A stretch of DNA of 64,000 bases, taken from assembly GCA_041584475.1 (NCBI GenBank), contig JBFHDX010000004.1:8576-72575 (forward strand). Direction: 5' to 3'. This stretch comes from Alphaproteobacteria bacterium (GTDB taxonomy: Bacteria; Pseudomonadota; Alphaproteobacteria; UBA8366; JADFVY01). Made by a program: the position numbers and the translations under genes. Below, piece by piece: positions 39,141 to 49,654 of the stretch (its first letter is position 1; each line of letters begins with the position of its first letter). The notes under the pieces are model-generated. The model saw nothing but the letters and a program-made list of their open reading frames with translations. It was not told where the DNA came from and did not search any database.

Positions 39141-39803
39141 CTACTGGCAGGACCCGCCGTGACAGGCCGGGCGGTCGCCGAGCGCCGCCATCTCGACCAG
39201 CGTGGTCAGGACCTCCGCCCTCGTCGGGACGTCCGCAGCCTCGAGCAGCGCCTGCTTCTCCGAAGCCCCGAACGGACAAATCATCGCCAGGCAGGTGACA
39301 AGCCGCTCGTCCGGGGCCGCGCTGACGGCCTCCCAGTCCGCGGCGATCCCCTGGGCGTCGAAATAGCCCCGCAGCGAGGCAAGAAGTCGTTCCCGGTCGA
39401 GCCTGACGTCGCTGCACGGCGAGAGGTCGCCGCGGTACGCGGACCAGTCCACCGCCATCCGGCGATAGCCGCGCTGCTCGGCAAGCTCCTTGGCGATGCT
39501 GAACCGGCACACGCCGTGCAGCACGATCAGGAAACGGCCGTCGTCCGTCTCCTCGAATCGGACGATGCGACCGGCGCAGCCGGTCCGGTACAGTTCCGGC
39601 CGGCGCTGCCGTTTCTCCGGTTCCCTCGGCTGGATCATGCCGATCAGCCGGTCCGCCGCCAACGCGCCCTCGACCATCGCGAGGTAGCGCGGCTCGAAGA
39701 TGTTGAGCGGCAGGCGGCCGCGCGGCAGCAGGAGGACCTCCGGCAGGGGAAATACAGGGATGCTCTCCGGCAGATCCCCCAATGTCTGGTCGAACGCACT
39801 CAT
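39141..39803 (-). CDS. LON substrate-binding (Lon N-terminal) domain protein
   Basis: ..IPVFPLPEVLLLPRGRLPLNIFEPRYLAMV... ATGA overlap with the upstream thioredoxin gene. Confidence 0.75.
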   Translation of the reverse strand: MSAFDQTLGDLPESIPVFPLPEVLLLPRGRLPLNIFEPRYLAMVEGALAADRLIGMIQPREPEKRQRRPELYRTGCAGRIVRFEETDDGRFLIVLHGVCRFSIAKELAEQRGYRRMAVDWSAYRGDLSPCSDVRLDRERLLASLRGYFDAQGIAADWEAVSAAPDERLVTCLAMICPFGASEKQALLEAADVPTRAEVLTTLVEMAALGDRPACHGGSCQ

Positions 39804-40717
39804 GAGAAGAGGATCGACGAGAGTTTTCGGCGCGCTTCGGCGGTCAGCGGATCCGTCGGCCCGAGCGCCTCGAGAATCTTCAACACCTGTTTTCGCGCCG
39901 CCTGGTCATTCCATTCGCGGTCGCGCCGGACGATTTCGATCAGGGCGTCGATCGCCGCCCGTGCGCTGCCGGCCCGATACAGGCCCAGCGCCAGGTCGTA
40001 GCGCGCTTCATGATCATCGGGGTTCTTCGCCAGCCTGGCTTCCAGCGCAGCGGTGTCGACCGCCGCGGCCGAACCGTCCGACGCCAGCTCGACGGCCGCC
40101 CGCACCGCCGCGACCTCGGGATCCCCTGCCCTGGCGGCCGGAACGGCGTCGATCGCCGCCTGTGCCTGCTCGAGCCGGCCCGCCTGCAGGTGGCAGCGCG
40201 CCAGTCCAGCGCCGGCGCGCGCCTCTTCGGGATCGTGCTGCAGGATCTGCTGATAGATCGCGGCCGCCGTATCTGCGTCGCCCGCCTCGAACGCGGCGCG
40301 TGCCTGTTCGAGGGCCTCGTCGACCGGCGACGGGCCCGCCTTGCCGCCGCCCGCGGCGATCAGCTTGTCGACGAAGGCACGCACCTGCGATTCGGGCAGC
40401 GCGCCCGCGAAACCGTCGACGGGGCGTCCGTTGGCGAAACCGTAAACCGTGGGAATCGATTGGATACGCAGTTGCTGCGCGACAACCGGGTTTTCGTCGG
40501 TGTTGACCTTGACCAGTCGCACCTTTCCCCGTGCCGCCTTGACGACCTTCTCGAGGGCGGGCGTCAGCTGCCGGCACGGGCCGCACCACGGCGCCCAGAA
40601 ATCGACCACGACCGGTACCGTCTTGCTCGCCTCGATGACCTCTTCGGCGAACGTTGCGTCCGTTGCGTCGCTGATCGGGGATTGGGCCTCGTCGGGCTGG
40701 CCTATCAGTTGCTCCAT
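39800..40717 (-). CDS. thioredoxin-domain protein with C-terminal TPR-like region (YbbN/CnoX-like)
   Basis: Starts at an internal ATG (40717-40715). Sequence reads MEQLIGQPDEAQSP..VVVDFWAPWCGPCRQL.., followed by an Ala-rich helical repeat region. Confidence 0.8.
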   Translation of the reverse strand: MEQLIGQPDEAQSPISDATDATFAEEVIEASKTVPVVVDFWAPWCGPCRQLTPALEKVVKAARGKVRLVKVNTDENPVVAQQLRIQSIPTVYGFANGRPVDGFAGALPESQVRAFVDKLIAAGGGKAGPSPVDEALEQARAAFEAGDADTAAAIYQQILQHDPEEARAGAGLARCHLQAGRLEQAQAAIDAVPAARAGDPEVAAVRAAVELASDGSAAAVDTAALEARLAKNPDDHEARYDLALGLYRAGSARAAIDALIEIVRRDREWNDQAARKQVLKILEALGPTDPLTAEARRKLSSILFS

Positions 40718-40805
40718 CTCTGTCTTTCCGGATCCAGATCGTTGTTGCGCGATGGAATTTGCCGTCCTGACGGCCCGGCCCGCAACCGGGTTTCTGTCCA
40801 GCGAG

Positions 40806-41372
40806 TTAAATGGACGTTTGTTCCTCCGATGACAAGCCCCCGGCGGGAGCCTCGCCGCCATTCATGTCGCCGAAATCCAGCAGTTCGGGAGGGTGGCCTT
40901 CGGCCTCGAGGAAGCGCACGAGGTCCTGCGGCGCGATCGCCGTCGTCCGGTCGTTCCGCAACGGGTGTGCGTTCACCGGGCCGTGCGCCAGCACCGCCTC
41001 GTCGAGTACCATGCTGACCTTGCCGGCGCGGTCGTTGATCACCGCGAACGGCGTCACCGCGCCGGGGATGACCCCGAGATGCTCCATCAGCAGCTCGGCG
41101 CTGCCGAACGAGAGCGTCCCCTGGGCACCGAGTCGGCGGCGCAGCGCCTTGAGATCGATCTCCCTCGATTCCAGCACCGTCAGCAGCCACATGCGACGTT
41201 TCTTGTCGCGCAGGAACAGGTTCTTGATGTGAACGCCCGGGAGATCGCCGCGCAGCGCCCGCGACTGCTCGACCGTGTACAGCGGGGCGTGCGCGTGGGT
41301 CCGGTGCTCGAGCCCGAGCTCGTCGAGGCGGCGGAACAGGGCAGAATCGTCGAAGTCCGTGTCACGTGCCAT
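40806..41372 (-). CDS. YbaK/ProX (prolyl-tRNA synthetase-associated) domain protein
   Basis: 188 aa reading ..HIKNLFLRDKKRRMWLLTVLESREIDLKAL..GVIPGAVTPFAVIND... Confidence 0.7.
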   Translation of the reverse strand: MARDTDFDDSALFRRLDELGLEHRTHAHAPLYTVEQSRALRGDLPGVHIKNLFLRDKKRRMWLLTVLESREIDLKALRRRLGAQGTLSFGSAELLMEHLGVIPGAVTPFAVINDRAGKVSMVLDEAVLAHGPVNAHPLRNDRTTAIAPQDLVRFLEAEGHPPELLDFGDMNGGEAPAGGLSSEEQTSI

Positions 41373-41546
41373 GGCGCTCGACTCTTAGCGGCAGCGGCGC
41401 GCCGCCGCAAGCCGCGTCGGCACGCCCGCCAGGCCGCCGTGACCGTCGATCGCGGCCACACGCCGCTTGCAAACAGCGTCGCTTTGCGTATTATGCCCGC
41501 CGCACCGGACGGCCCTGGCGCGGCCTCTCCGGCCTGTATGCGAAGC

Positions 41547-41621
41547 GCGGGCGTAGCTCAGGGGTAGAGCGCAACCTTGCCAAGGTTGAAGTCGTGGGTT
41601 CGAATCCCATCGCCCGCTCCA
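41547..41621 (+). tRNA. tRNA-Gly (anticodon GCC)
   Basis: Hand-folded cloverleaf: GCGGGCG/CGCCCGC acceptor stem, GCTC/GAGC D stem, CAACC-TTGCCAA-GGTTG anticodon arm, GTGGG-TTCGAAT-CCCAT T arm, encoded CCA. 75 nt. Confidence 0.9.
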
Positions 41622-41888
41622 TAACCCGGTCATCTGCAGATCCTGGTCGCGGACGACGCCGCAGCCGTGCCGCGGCCGGCGGTCCGGTCGCGCCGTTCCC
41701 CCGTCGCCTGGCGTGACGGCACTTGCCCCGGCCTCGTCTGTGGGACTTTAATGAGTTCCGGGCCGCATCGCCGCCGCACGACGATCGGACGGGCCGCGGA
41801 CCGGCCCGCGTGGGGGCGGTCCCGGCGGCGGCAAGGTCCGCCGGCAAAAGGCGGGCGGCCGCGCGCCAAGGACGGGAGGAGAGGGGTC

Positions 41889-44800
41889 ATGACAGCGCGG
41901 ACGACGACGCAGAAGGACGAGACGGTCGACACCGTCGTCTCCCTCATGCGGGCGCGCATCGCCGATGCGAAGGCCGAAATCGCGGAACGATTCATCCGGC
42001 AGTATTACGACGATATCGCGGCCGAGGACATTCTCGGCACCGATCCGGAGGATCTGTATGGCGCGGCGTTGTCGCTGTGGCAGTTCGGCGCCCAGCGCAA
42101 GCCGGGTGAGACCAAGATCCGGGTCTACAATCCGCGCGTCGAGAAGCACGGCTGGCACTCGGCCCATACGGTGGTCGAGATCGTGCAGGACGACATGCCG
42201 TTCCTCGTCGACTCGGTGACCATGGCGCTGCACCGGCGCGGCCTGACGGTGCATCTCGTCGTGCACCCACAGTACCGCGTCGAGCGGGACCGCTCGGGCA
42301 AGCTCGTCGCCTTGCGATCGCGCAGCGATGACGGTGATGGTGTCGCCGCGGAGTCGTTCATGCATGTGGAGGTGGACGAGCAGGGCTCGCCCGAGCTGCT
42401 GCGCGCGATCCACGACGAGATCGACGCCGCGCTCGGCGACGTGCGCTCGGCGGTCACGGGATGGCGCGGGATGTGCGACCGTGTCGCGGCGCTGGTCGAC
42501 GAACTCAAGCAGTCGCCGCCGCACGGCGTCAGCCAGGAGGAGGTCAACGAGACGATCTCCTTCCTGCGCTGGCTGCTCGACGATCATTTCACCTTCCTCG
42601 GCTATCGCGAAATGGCGATCGAGGGAGAGGATCGCGAGGCGCGCATCCGCGTCGACGAGGAGAGTTGCATCGGCCTGCTTCGCGATCCCGCGATCTCGGT
42701 GTTCCAGGGTCTGCGCCGGCTCGGTCAGCTGCCCGCGGAGGTGCAGCGCTATCTGCGCGAGCCGCACGTCCTGGTCCTGACCAAGAGCAACCAGCGCTCG
42801 ACGGTGCACCGCCCGGCCTACATGGACGCGATCGCGGCCAAGCGGTTCGATGCCGACGGTCGGGTCGTCGGCGTGCGCCTGTTCGTCGGTCTGTTCACCT
42901 CGTCGGTGTACAACCAGACGCCACGCGAGATCCCGCTGCTCAGGCGCAAGGTGTCCGAACTGATCGAGCGCGCCGGCTACGGCGAGACGAGCCACGCCGG
43001 CAAGGCGCTCGTGCACATCCTCGACAATTTTCCGCGCGACGAACTGTTCCAGATCGGCATGGACGATCTGTACGAGATATCGCGCGGCATCGTGCAATTG
43101 CAGGAGCGCAAGCGGATCGCCTTGTTCCTCCGGCGCGATCCCTTCGAGCGCTTCTTGTCGGCCTTCGTCTACGTCCCGAAGGATCGTTTCAATACGGCGC
43201 TGCGGATGGCCTTCGAGCGGATCCTGACGACGGCGCTCGGGGGCACGATCGGGGGCCGCTACACGCATATGAGTGACGATGTGCTCAGCCGCCTCCACTT
43301 CATCATCGAGACCCGGCCGGGCAAGATTCCGGATTACGACGTCAAGGAGATCGAGGCCCGCCTCGTCGAGGCCGGCCGCTCGTGGAACGACAGGCTGCAG
43401 CAGGCGCTGACGGAGACGCTCGGAGAGGAACGGGGGATCAAGGTCCTGGCGCGCTACGAGGACGCGTTCCCGGTCAACTACAGCGAGGCGTTCTCGCCGC
43501 ACACCGCGATCTACGACATCAGTTGCATCGAAAGGACGCTCGAGACCAACGAGCTCGGCATGAACCTCTATCACCCGATCGAGGCGGCCGAGCACGAGGT
43601 CCGGTTCAAGATCTACTGCACCGGTGAGCCGATCCCGCTGTCCGACGTGCTGCCGATGATGGAGAATATGGGGCTCAGGGTACTCGGCGAGGTGCCGTAC
43701 GAGATCACGCCGCGCGACGCCAAGCGTTCGGTCTGGATGCACGATTTCTCGCTGGTCACGGCGGACGCGAGGCCGGTCGAATTCGACCCGCTGCGCGAGC
43801 CGTTCCACGAGAGCTTCGCCCGCATCTGGCGCGGCGAGATGGAAAATGACGGGTTCAACCGTCTCGTCGTGACCGCCGGACTCGGCTGGCGCCAGATCGT
43901 CGTGCTGCGCGCCTACTGCAAATACCTGCGTCAGGCGGCGATCCCCTTCAGCCAGGCCTATATGGAGCAGACGCTGGCGCGCAACGGGCCGATCGCCCGC
44001 CTGCTCGCCGACCTGTTCGAGGTTCGCTTCGATCCCGACTTCGAGGGCGATCGCGAGGCCGAGGAGGCGCGGATCACCGAGGTCGTCGTCGCCGCGCTCG
44101 ACGGTGTCGAAAACCTCGACGAGGACCGTATCATCCGGCGCTTCATCAACATCGTCCAGGCGACGCTGCGGACCAATTTCTACCAGCACACCGGGGACGG
44201 GCTGCCGAAGGAGCGCCTCGTGTTCAAGCTCGATGCACGGCGGATCGACGAATTGCCGGCACCGCGGCCCTATCGCGAGATTTTCGTATACAGCCCACGC
44301 GTCGAGGGCGTGCATCTGCGCTTCGGTCCGGTGGCGCGCGGCGGGCTGCGCTGGTCCGACCGGCGCGAGGACTTCCGGACCGAGATCCTCGGCCTGGTCA
44401 AGGCGCAGCAGGTCAAGAACGCGGTCATCGTTCCCGTCGGCTCGAAGGGCGGGTTCGTGCTCAAGCGACCGCCTCCGCCGGGCGACCGCGAAGCCCTGCT
44501 GGCCGAGGGCATCGCCTGCTACAAGACCTTCATCTCCGGCATGCTCGACGTGACCGACAACCGCGTCGGCGACGACGTCGTGCCGCCGCCGCGCGTGTTG
44601 CGCAAGGATGAGGACGATCCCTATCTCGTTGTCGCCGCCGACAAGGGGACCGCGACCTTCTCCGACATCGCCAACGAGATCGCGCAGGACTACGGGTTCT
44701 GGCTCGACGACGCCTTCGCCTCCGGCGGTTCCGCCGGTTACGACCACAAGAAGATGGGAATCACCGCCCGCGGCGCCTGGGAGTCCGTGAAACGCCATTT

Positions 44801-46724
44801 CCGGGAGATGGGCCACGACACCCAGAGCGAGGATTTCACGGTCGTCGGTGTTGGCGATATGTCGGGCGACGTGTTCGGCAACGGCATGCTTTTGAGCGAG
44901 CACATCCGACTGCTCGGCGCCTTCAATCATCTGCACATCTTCGTCGACCCCGACCCCGACGCGGCGAAGAGCTTTGCCGAGCGCAGGCGCCTTTTCGAAC
45001 TGCCGCGCAGCAGTTGGGCCGACTACGACCCGAAGCTCATCTCCAAGGGCGGCGGCGTCTTCGAACGGCGCGCCAAGTCGGTGGCGATCTCGCCGCAGAT
45101 GCGCAAGGCGTTCGACATCGAGGCCGAAAAACTGACGCCGGCCGAGCTGGTCCGCGCGATGCTCAGGGCGCAGGTCGACCTGCTGTGGTTCGGTGGCATA
45201 GGCACCTACGTCAAGGCGTCGTCCGAAACCGACGGCGATGTCGGCGACCGCGCCAACGACGCGCTGCGCGTGGCCGCGCGCGACCTGCGCTGCAGGGTGC
45301 TCGGCGAGGGCGCCAATCTGGGTGTGACGCAACGCGGCCGTATCGAATACGCGCTGCGCGGTGGACGCATCAACACCGACGCCATCGACAACTCCGCCGG
45401 CGTCGACACCTCCGACCACGAGGTCAACATCAAGATCCTGACGGGCGACCTGATTGCCCGCAAGAAACTGTCGCGCAAGCAGCGCGACAAGCTGCTCCAG
45501 GAAATGACCGAGGAGGTGGCGGCCCTGGTGCTGCGGGACAACTATCAGCAGACGCAATCGATTACCGTCGTCCAGTTCCAGGGTACGCAGCGCCTCGACG
45601 AGCAGCAGCGGCTGATGCGGGCGCTGGAGCGGGCCGGCCGCCTCGACCGCGCGCTCGAATTCCTGCCGGACGACGAGACGATCGGCGAGCGCCATTCCGC
45701 GAGCCAAGGTCTGACGCGGCCCGAACTGGCCGTGCTTCTCGCCTACGCGAAGATCGTTACCTACGACGCCCTGCTCGCCTCGGACCTGCCGGACGACCCG
45801 CTGCTGCGCGACGATCTCGCGCGCTATTTCCCCGAGCCGGTCCGCAAGAAATTCTCCAAGGCCATCGAGCGCCACAGGCTGCGCCGCGAGATCATCGCGA
45901 CCGGCCTCACCAACTCGATCATCAATCGGACCGGGCCCGGCTTCATCAACGAAATGCAGCTGAAGACCGGCATGGACGCGCCGGCGATCGTGCGCGCCTA
46001 CACGGTTGCACGCGAGGTCTTCGACCTGCGCTCGATCTGGCAGGACATCGAGGCCCTCGACAACACGGCTCCGGCCGAGGCGCAGACCCTCATGCTGCTG
46101 GAAACGGTGCGCACGATCTGGCGCACCTCGCCCTGGTTCCTGGCCAACTGCGCCCAGCCGCTGGACATCACCGCCGCCGTCGCCGAGTTCCACGAAGGCA
46201 TGCAGCGGATCGCGGCGGTATTGCGGGACATTCTCACCGACGCGCAACGGGACGATCTGGTTCAGCGGACCCGGCCCTACGCCCAGCCCGGTGTTCCTGA
46301 AGACCTGACCGTTCGTCTGGGCCGCCTGAAGGCGCTGTCGTCATCGCTCGACATCGTGCGCATCGCCGCGGCCAGCGGCCAGCAGGTGGAAGACGTGGGC
46401 GCCGCCTATTTCCTCGTCGGCGACCGCTTCCGGCTCGACTGGCTGCGCCTGGCGGCCGGCACCATGAAGGCGGACAATCATTGGCACCGACTAGCCCTTG
46501 CGGCGATCATCGACGATCTGTGGGGCCATCAGAACGATCTCACGTCGGCCGTCCTGTGCAACGGCGAGACCGGGGTCGCGGCGGTCGCGCGCTGGCTCGA
46601 GTCGCGTGCCGAACGGATGGAGAGTCTCGACCAGCTGCTGCACGATATCGAGTCGTCGACTGCCCCCGATCTGGCGATGCTCGCCGTTGCCAATCGCCAG
46701 CTGCGCGCGGTGGCGGCCGGTTGA
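41889..46724 (+). CDS. gdhB: NAD-specific glutamate dehydrogenase, large (~180 kDa) class
   Basis: Starts at an internal ATG with GGAGGAGAGGGG upstream. 1611 aa reading MTARTTTQKDETVDTVVSLMRARIADAKAEIAERFIRQYY..VQDDMPFLVDSV... This is the characteristic giant GDH architecture. Confidence 0.9.
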   Translation: MTARTTTQKDETVDTVVSLMRARIADAKAEIAERFIRQYYDDIAAEDILGTDPEDLYGAALSLWQFGAQRKPGETKIRVYNPRVEKHGWHSAHTVVEIVQDDMPFLVDSVTMALHRRGLTVHLVVHPQYRVERDRSGKLVALRSRSDDGDGVAAESFMHVEVDEQGSPELLRAIHDEIDAALGDVRSAVTGWRGMCDRVAALVDELKQSPPHGVSQEEVNETISFLRWLLDDHFTFLGYREMAIEGEDREARIRVDEESCIGLLRDPAISVFQGLRRLGQLPAEVQRYLREPHVLVLTKSNQRSTVHRPAYMDAIAAKRFDADGRVVGVRLFVGLFTSSVYNQTPREIPLLRRKVSELIERAGYGETSHAGKALVHILDNFPRDELFQIGMDDLYEISRGIVQLQERKRIALFLRRDPFERFLSAFVYVPKDRFNTALRMAFERILTTALGGTIGGRYTHMSDDVLSRLHFIIETRPGKIPDYDVKEIEARLVEAGRSWNDRLQQALTETLGEERGIKVLARYEDAFPVNYSEAFSPHTAIYDISCIERTLETNELGMNLYHPIEAAEHEVRFKIYCTGEPIPLSDVLPMMENMGLRVLGEVPYEITPRDAKRSVWMHDFSLVTADARPVEFDPLREPFHESFARIWRGEMENDGFNRLVVTAGLGWRQIVVLRAYCKYLRQAAIPFSQAYMEQTLARNGPIARLLADLFEVRFDPDFEGDREAEEARITEVVVAALDGVENLDEDRIIRRFINIVQATLRTNFYQHTGDGLPKERLVFKLDARRIDELPAPRPYREIFVYSPRVEGVHLRFGPVARGGLRWSDRREDFRTEILGLVKAQQVKNAVIVPVGSKGGFVLKRPPPPGDREALLAEGIACYKTFISGMLDVTDNRVGDDVVPPPRVLRKDEDDPYLVVAADKGTATFSDIANEIAQDYGFWLDDAFASGGSAGYDHKKMGITARGAWESVKRHFREMGHDTQSEDFTVVGVGDMSGDVFGNGMLLSEHIRLLGAFNHLHIFVDPDPDAAKSFAERRRLFELPRSSWADYDPKLISKGGGVFERRAKSVAISPQMRKAFDIEAEKLTPAELVRAMLRAQVDLLWFGGIGTYVKASSETDGDVGDRANDALRVAARDLRCRVLGEGANLGVTQRGRIEYALRGGRINTDAIDNSAGVDTSDHEVNIKILTGDLIARKKLSRKQRDKLLQEMTEEVAALVLRDNYQQTQSITVVQFQGTQRLDEQQRLMRALERAGRLDRALEFLPDDETIGERHSASQGLTRPELAVLLAYAKIVTYDALLASDLPDDPLLRDDLARYFPEPVRKKFSKAIERHRLRREIIATGLTNSIINRTGPGFINEMQLKTGMDAPAIVRAYTVAREVFDLRSIWQDIEALDNTAPAEAQTLMLLETVRTIWRTSPWFLANCAQPLDITAAVAEFHEGMQRIAAVLRDILTDAQRDDLVQRTRPYAQPGVPEDLTVRLGRLKALSSSLDIVRIAAASGQQVEDVGAAYFLVGDRFRLDWLRLAAGTMKADNHWHRLALAAIIDDLWGHQNDLTSAVLCNGETGVAAVARWLESRAERMESLDQLLHDIESSTAPDLAMLAVANRQLRAVAAG

Positions 46725-46736
46725 TGACCGCCGTGG

Positions 46737-47057
46737 TCAGCGCAGTCGCACCGCCGTGCCGCTGACCGCAACCATGAGCATCGACCCTTCCGTGCCCACC
46801 GCCTCGTAGTCGACGCTGACCCCGACGACGGCGTTCGCGCCCAGCTCGCCGGCGCGTTCCTGCATGTCCTTCATTGCCTCTTCCATGCCGCCGCGAAGCA
46901 CGGACTCGTATGCGCCCGAGCGCCCACCGAGGAAATCGGTAATGCCTGCGAACAGGTCGCGAAACACGTTCGCCCCGTAGATCGCTTGCCCCGCGACGAC
47001 GCCGAGATAATCCTCGACCTGGTGCCCCTGGACGGTGTCGGTTGTGGTGATCAGCAT
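46737..47057 (-). CDS. YbjQ/UPF0145 family protein
   Basis: 106 aa reading [63 protein letters not shown]... Confidence 0.85.
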   Translation of the reverse strand: MLITTTDTVQGHQVEDYLGVVAGQAIYGANVFRDLFAGITDFLGGRSGAYESVLRGGMEEAMKDMQERAGELGANAVVGVSVDYEAVGTEGSMLMVAVSGTAVRLR

Positions 47058-47158
47058 CGCGTTCGCTCCTCGGTCAATGCGTCGTTCCGGCTTCTTCCGA
47101 TCGCGCCGGCATGGTAGGCACTGTCGGTGGTAATTGCCATTGCGAAGGGGGAACCGAA

Positions 47159-48415
47159 ATGGCAGGGCGGCGGGCGGTCCTCTCCTGGTGCCTCTACGAC
47201 TGGGCGAACTCGGCCTATCCGACGATCATCACGACCTTCATTTTCGGGACCTATTTCACCAAGGCCGTTGCCCCGTCGCCGGAGTCCGGCACCGCCGCCT
47301 GGGGCAACGCGATCGGCATCGCCGGCTTGGCCGTCGCCCTGCTCGGCCCGGTCGTCGGTGCGATCGCCGACCAGGGCGGGCGCCGCAAGCCGTGGCTTGC
47401 GGTCTTCACCGCGCTCGCCGTCGGCGGCACCGCCCTGCTCTGGTACACGCTTCCGGATCCCGACTACGTGTTGTGGGCCCTGGTGCTCGTGGCGCTGACC
47501 AACATGGCGTTCGAGTTCGGCATGGTTTTCTACAACGCGATGTTGCCCGACATGGTCGGGCCGGATCGCGTCGGCCGCGTATCCGGCTGGGGCTGGGGCG
47601 TCGGCTATATTGGCGGCCTGCTGTGCCTCGTCATCGCTTTGTTCGGGTTCGTCGAGACCGAGGCGCCGATTTTCGGTGTTACGACCGAGGCCGCCGGCCA
47701 CGTCCGGGCGACGACGCTGCTGACGGCCGTCTGGTTCGCGCTGTTCGCCGTGCCGTTGTTTCTGTTCACGCCGGACCGCCCGGCCGGCGGAATCGCGCCA
47801 CGAGACGCCGTGCGCGGCGGCATCGCGGCGCTCATCAAGACGTTGCGCGAGATCGGTCGTTACCTGCCGATCGTGCGTTTTCTCGTGGCGCGGATGTTCT
47901 ATGCCGACGGGCTGGTGACGCTGTTCGCGTTCGGCGGCATCTATGCGGCGGGGACCTTCGGGATGAGCTTCGCCGAAGTCGTGCAGTTCGGGATCGCGCT
48001 CAACGTCTCGGCCGGTCTCGGGGCGCTCGCCTTCGCCTCGGTCGACGATCGGATAGGCGCCAAGCCCGTCATCGTGATATCGCTGCTGGCGCTGATCGTG
48101 CTCGGCACCGCGGCGCTCGCGGTCGAGTCGAAGACGGCGTTCTGGTTCATCGGTGTCGGGCTCGGCATCTTCGTCGGTCCGGTGCAGGCGGCCAGCCGTT
48201 CGCTGATGGCCCGCCTGGCGCCGGCCGACATGCGCACGGAGATGTTCGGTCTCTTCGCGCTATCGGGCAAGGCGACGGCGTTCCTGGGGCCGCTCGCCTT
48301 CGGCTGGGCGACGCTGATGTTCGACAGCCAGCGCGCCGGCATGGCGACGTTGCTGGCCTTCTTCATTGCCGGTCTGCTCATCCTGACGCGCGTGCGGGAA
48401 CCCTGGCCGCCATGA
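47159..48415 (+). CDS. MFS transporter (UMF1/Atg22-like)
   Basis: ATG at 47159 preceded by GAAGGGGGAA. Sequence reads [29 protein letters not shown].. with ~12 TM segments. Confidence 0.75.
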   Translation: MAGRRAVLSWCLYDWANSAYPTIITTFIFGTYFTKAVAPSPESGTAAWGNAIGIAGLAVALLGPVVGAIADQGGRRKPWLAVFTALAVGGTALLWYTLPDPDYVLWALVLVALTNMAFEFGMVFYNAMLPDMVGPDRVGRVSGWGWGVGYIGGLLCLVIALFGFVETEAPIFGVTTEAAGHVRATTLLTAVWFALFAVPLFLFTPDRPAGGIAPRDAVRGGIAALIKTLREIGRYLPIVRFLVARMFYADGLVTLFAFGGIYAAGTFGMSFAEVVQFGIALNVSAGLGALAFASVDDRIGAKPVIVISLLALIVLGTAALAVESKTAFWFIGVGLGIFVGPVQAASRSLMARLAPADMRTEMFGLFALSGKATAFLGPLAFGWATLMFDSQRAGMATLLAFFIAGLLILTRVREPWPP

Positions 48416-49515
48416 AACGCTGCGATCTGGCGATCGTCGGCGCCGGGTTCGCCGGGCTGGCCTGCGCCAGGGTGGCGGCCCGGCGCGGGCTGCGCGTCGT
48501 GGTGCTCGACCGCAAGGCGGAACCGGGTGCGCAGCTGCATACGACCGGCCTCGTGGTCAAGGAGGCGGCGGAGGAACTCGCCATGCCGGCGCATCTGTGC
48601 CGGGCAATCACCGGGGTGAGGCTGTATTCGCCGCGGCTCCGGAGTATCGACCTGCAGTCGCCCGGTTATTTCTTCGTTGCGACGGACACCGGCGGGCTGC
48701 TGCGCTGGCTCGCCGACGAGGCGGCGCAGGCCGGTGCCACGCTCGCATTCGGTCGGCCTTTCACCGGCGCGCGAGCCGACGGCGACGCGATCGTGCTCGA
48801 CGAGCCGCCGCTGCGGGCGCGCTACCTGGTCGGCGCCGATGGCTGCCGGTCGGCCGTGGCCCGGGCGTTCGGCCTCGGCGTGAACCGGCGCACGCTCATC
48901 GGTGTCGAGACCGAGTATTCCGGGCTGCTCGGCGTCGAGCCGGACCGTCTCCATTGCTTCCTCGATCGCGACCTGGCCCCGGGATATATCGGCTGGGTCG
49001 TGCCGGGTGTCGGCGTCACCCAGGTCGGGCTCGCCAGTCGCGACGGCACCAAACCCCGTTACGATGGGTTGCTCGGAAAGCTCAGCGAGACGTTCGACTT
49101 CACGCGCGCCCGCGTCGTGGAGCGCCGCAGCGGCCCGATCCCGATCGGCGGAACGGTCGCACCCTTCGCAGGCGACCGTGTCCTGCTCGTCGGCGACGCC
49201 GCCGGGCTGGTGTCGCCGCTGACCGCCGGCGGAATCCATCCCGCGCTACGGTTCGGTCGGCGCGCCGCGGAGCTGATCGCCGACCATCTGTGCGAAGACG
49301 GGCCCGATCCCGGTCGCATTCTCGCCGCCGAATACCCGCGATACCGCTGGAAAATGCTGCTGCGGCGGGGCATCGACCGGGATCCGCCGAACTGGATGTA
49401 CGACTGGTCCCTCGGCCTGCCGGTGACGCGCGCCCTGGCCCGGCTTATCTATTTCCATCACAAGGGGCTGAAATCGGCCGCCGCCTGGCGCGACTTGCTC
49501 GGCCCCAACCCCTGA
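48412..49515 (+). CDS. FAD-dependent oxidoreductase (geranylgeranyl reductase family)
   Basis: ATGA overlap with the MFS stop. Sequence reads [65 protein letters not shown]. Confidence 0.75.
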   Translation: MKRCDLAIVGAGFAGLACARVAARRGLRVVVLDRKAEPGAQLHTTGLVVKEAAEELAMPAHLCRAITGVRLYSPRLRSIDLQSPGYFFVATDTGGLLRWLADEAAQAGATLAFGRPFTGARADGDAIVLDEPPLRARYLVGADGCRSAVARAFGLGVNRRTLIGVETEYSGLLGVEPDRLHCFLDRDLAPGYIGWVVPGVGVTQVGLASRDGTKPRYDGLLGKLSETFDFTRARVVERRSGPIPIGGTVAPFAGDRVLLVGDAAGLVSPLTAGGIHPALRFGRRAAELIADHLCEDGPDPGRILAAEYPRYRWKMLLRRGIDRDPPNWMYDWSLGLPVTRALARLIYFHHKGLKSAAAWRDLLGPNP

Positions 49516-49524
49516 CCCGTCAGG

Positions 49525-49654
49525 CTAGAGCCTTATCCGATTGATTCGCTCCAGCCCGCGCCGCCACCCGGCCAGCCAACGGTATCGTATGCCGTGGGTG
49601 CCCGGATGGGGGAGCGGGCCGGTGCCGATTCCACGTAAGTGGATGATGTACTAG
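49525..49654. repeat. short interspersed repeat, long (130-bp) copy, inverted relative to 56289..56338
   Basis: Bounded by CTAG at both ends. By hand alignment, the 24-nt arm at 49631-49654 matches 56289-56312 at 23/24 and the 26-nt arm at 49525-49550 matches 56313-56338 at 21/26, both as reverse complement. The two arms plus a shared TGG (49551-49553) are separated here by a 77-nt insert. Confidence 0.6.

Noticed and set aside
41748-46247. 1499-aa ORF antisense to the NAD-glutamate dehydrogenase gene
   Set aside because: The translation is Arg/Asp/Gly/Leu/Val-rich with no recognisable motifs, whereas the plus-strand product is a clear full-length giant GDH. Long stop-free antisense frames are expected in high-GC genes.
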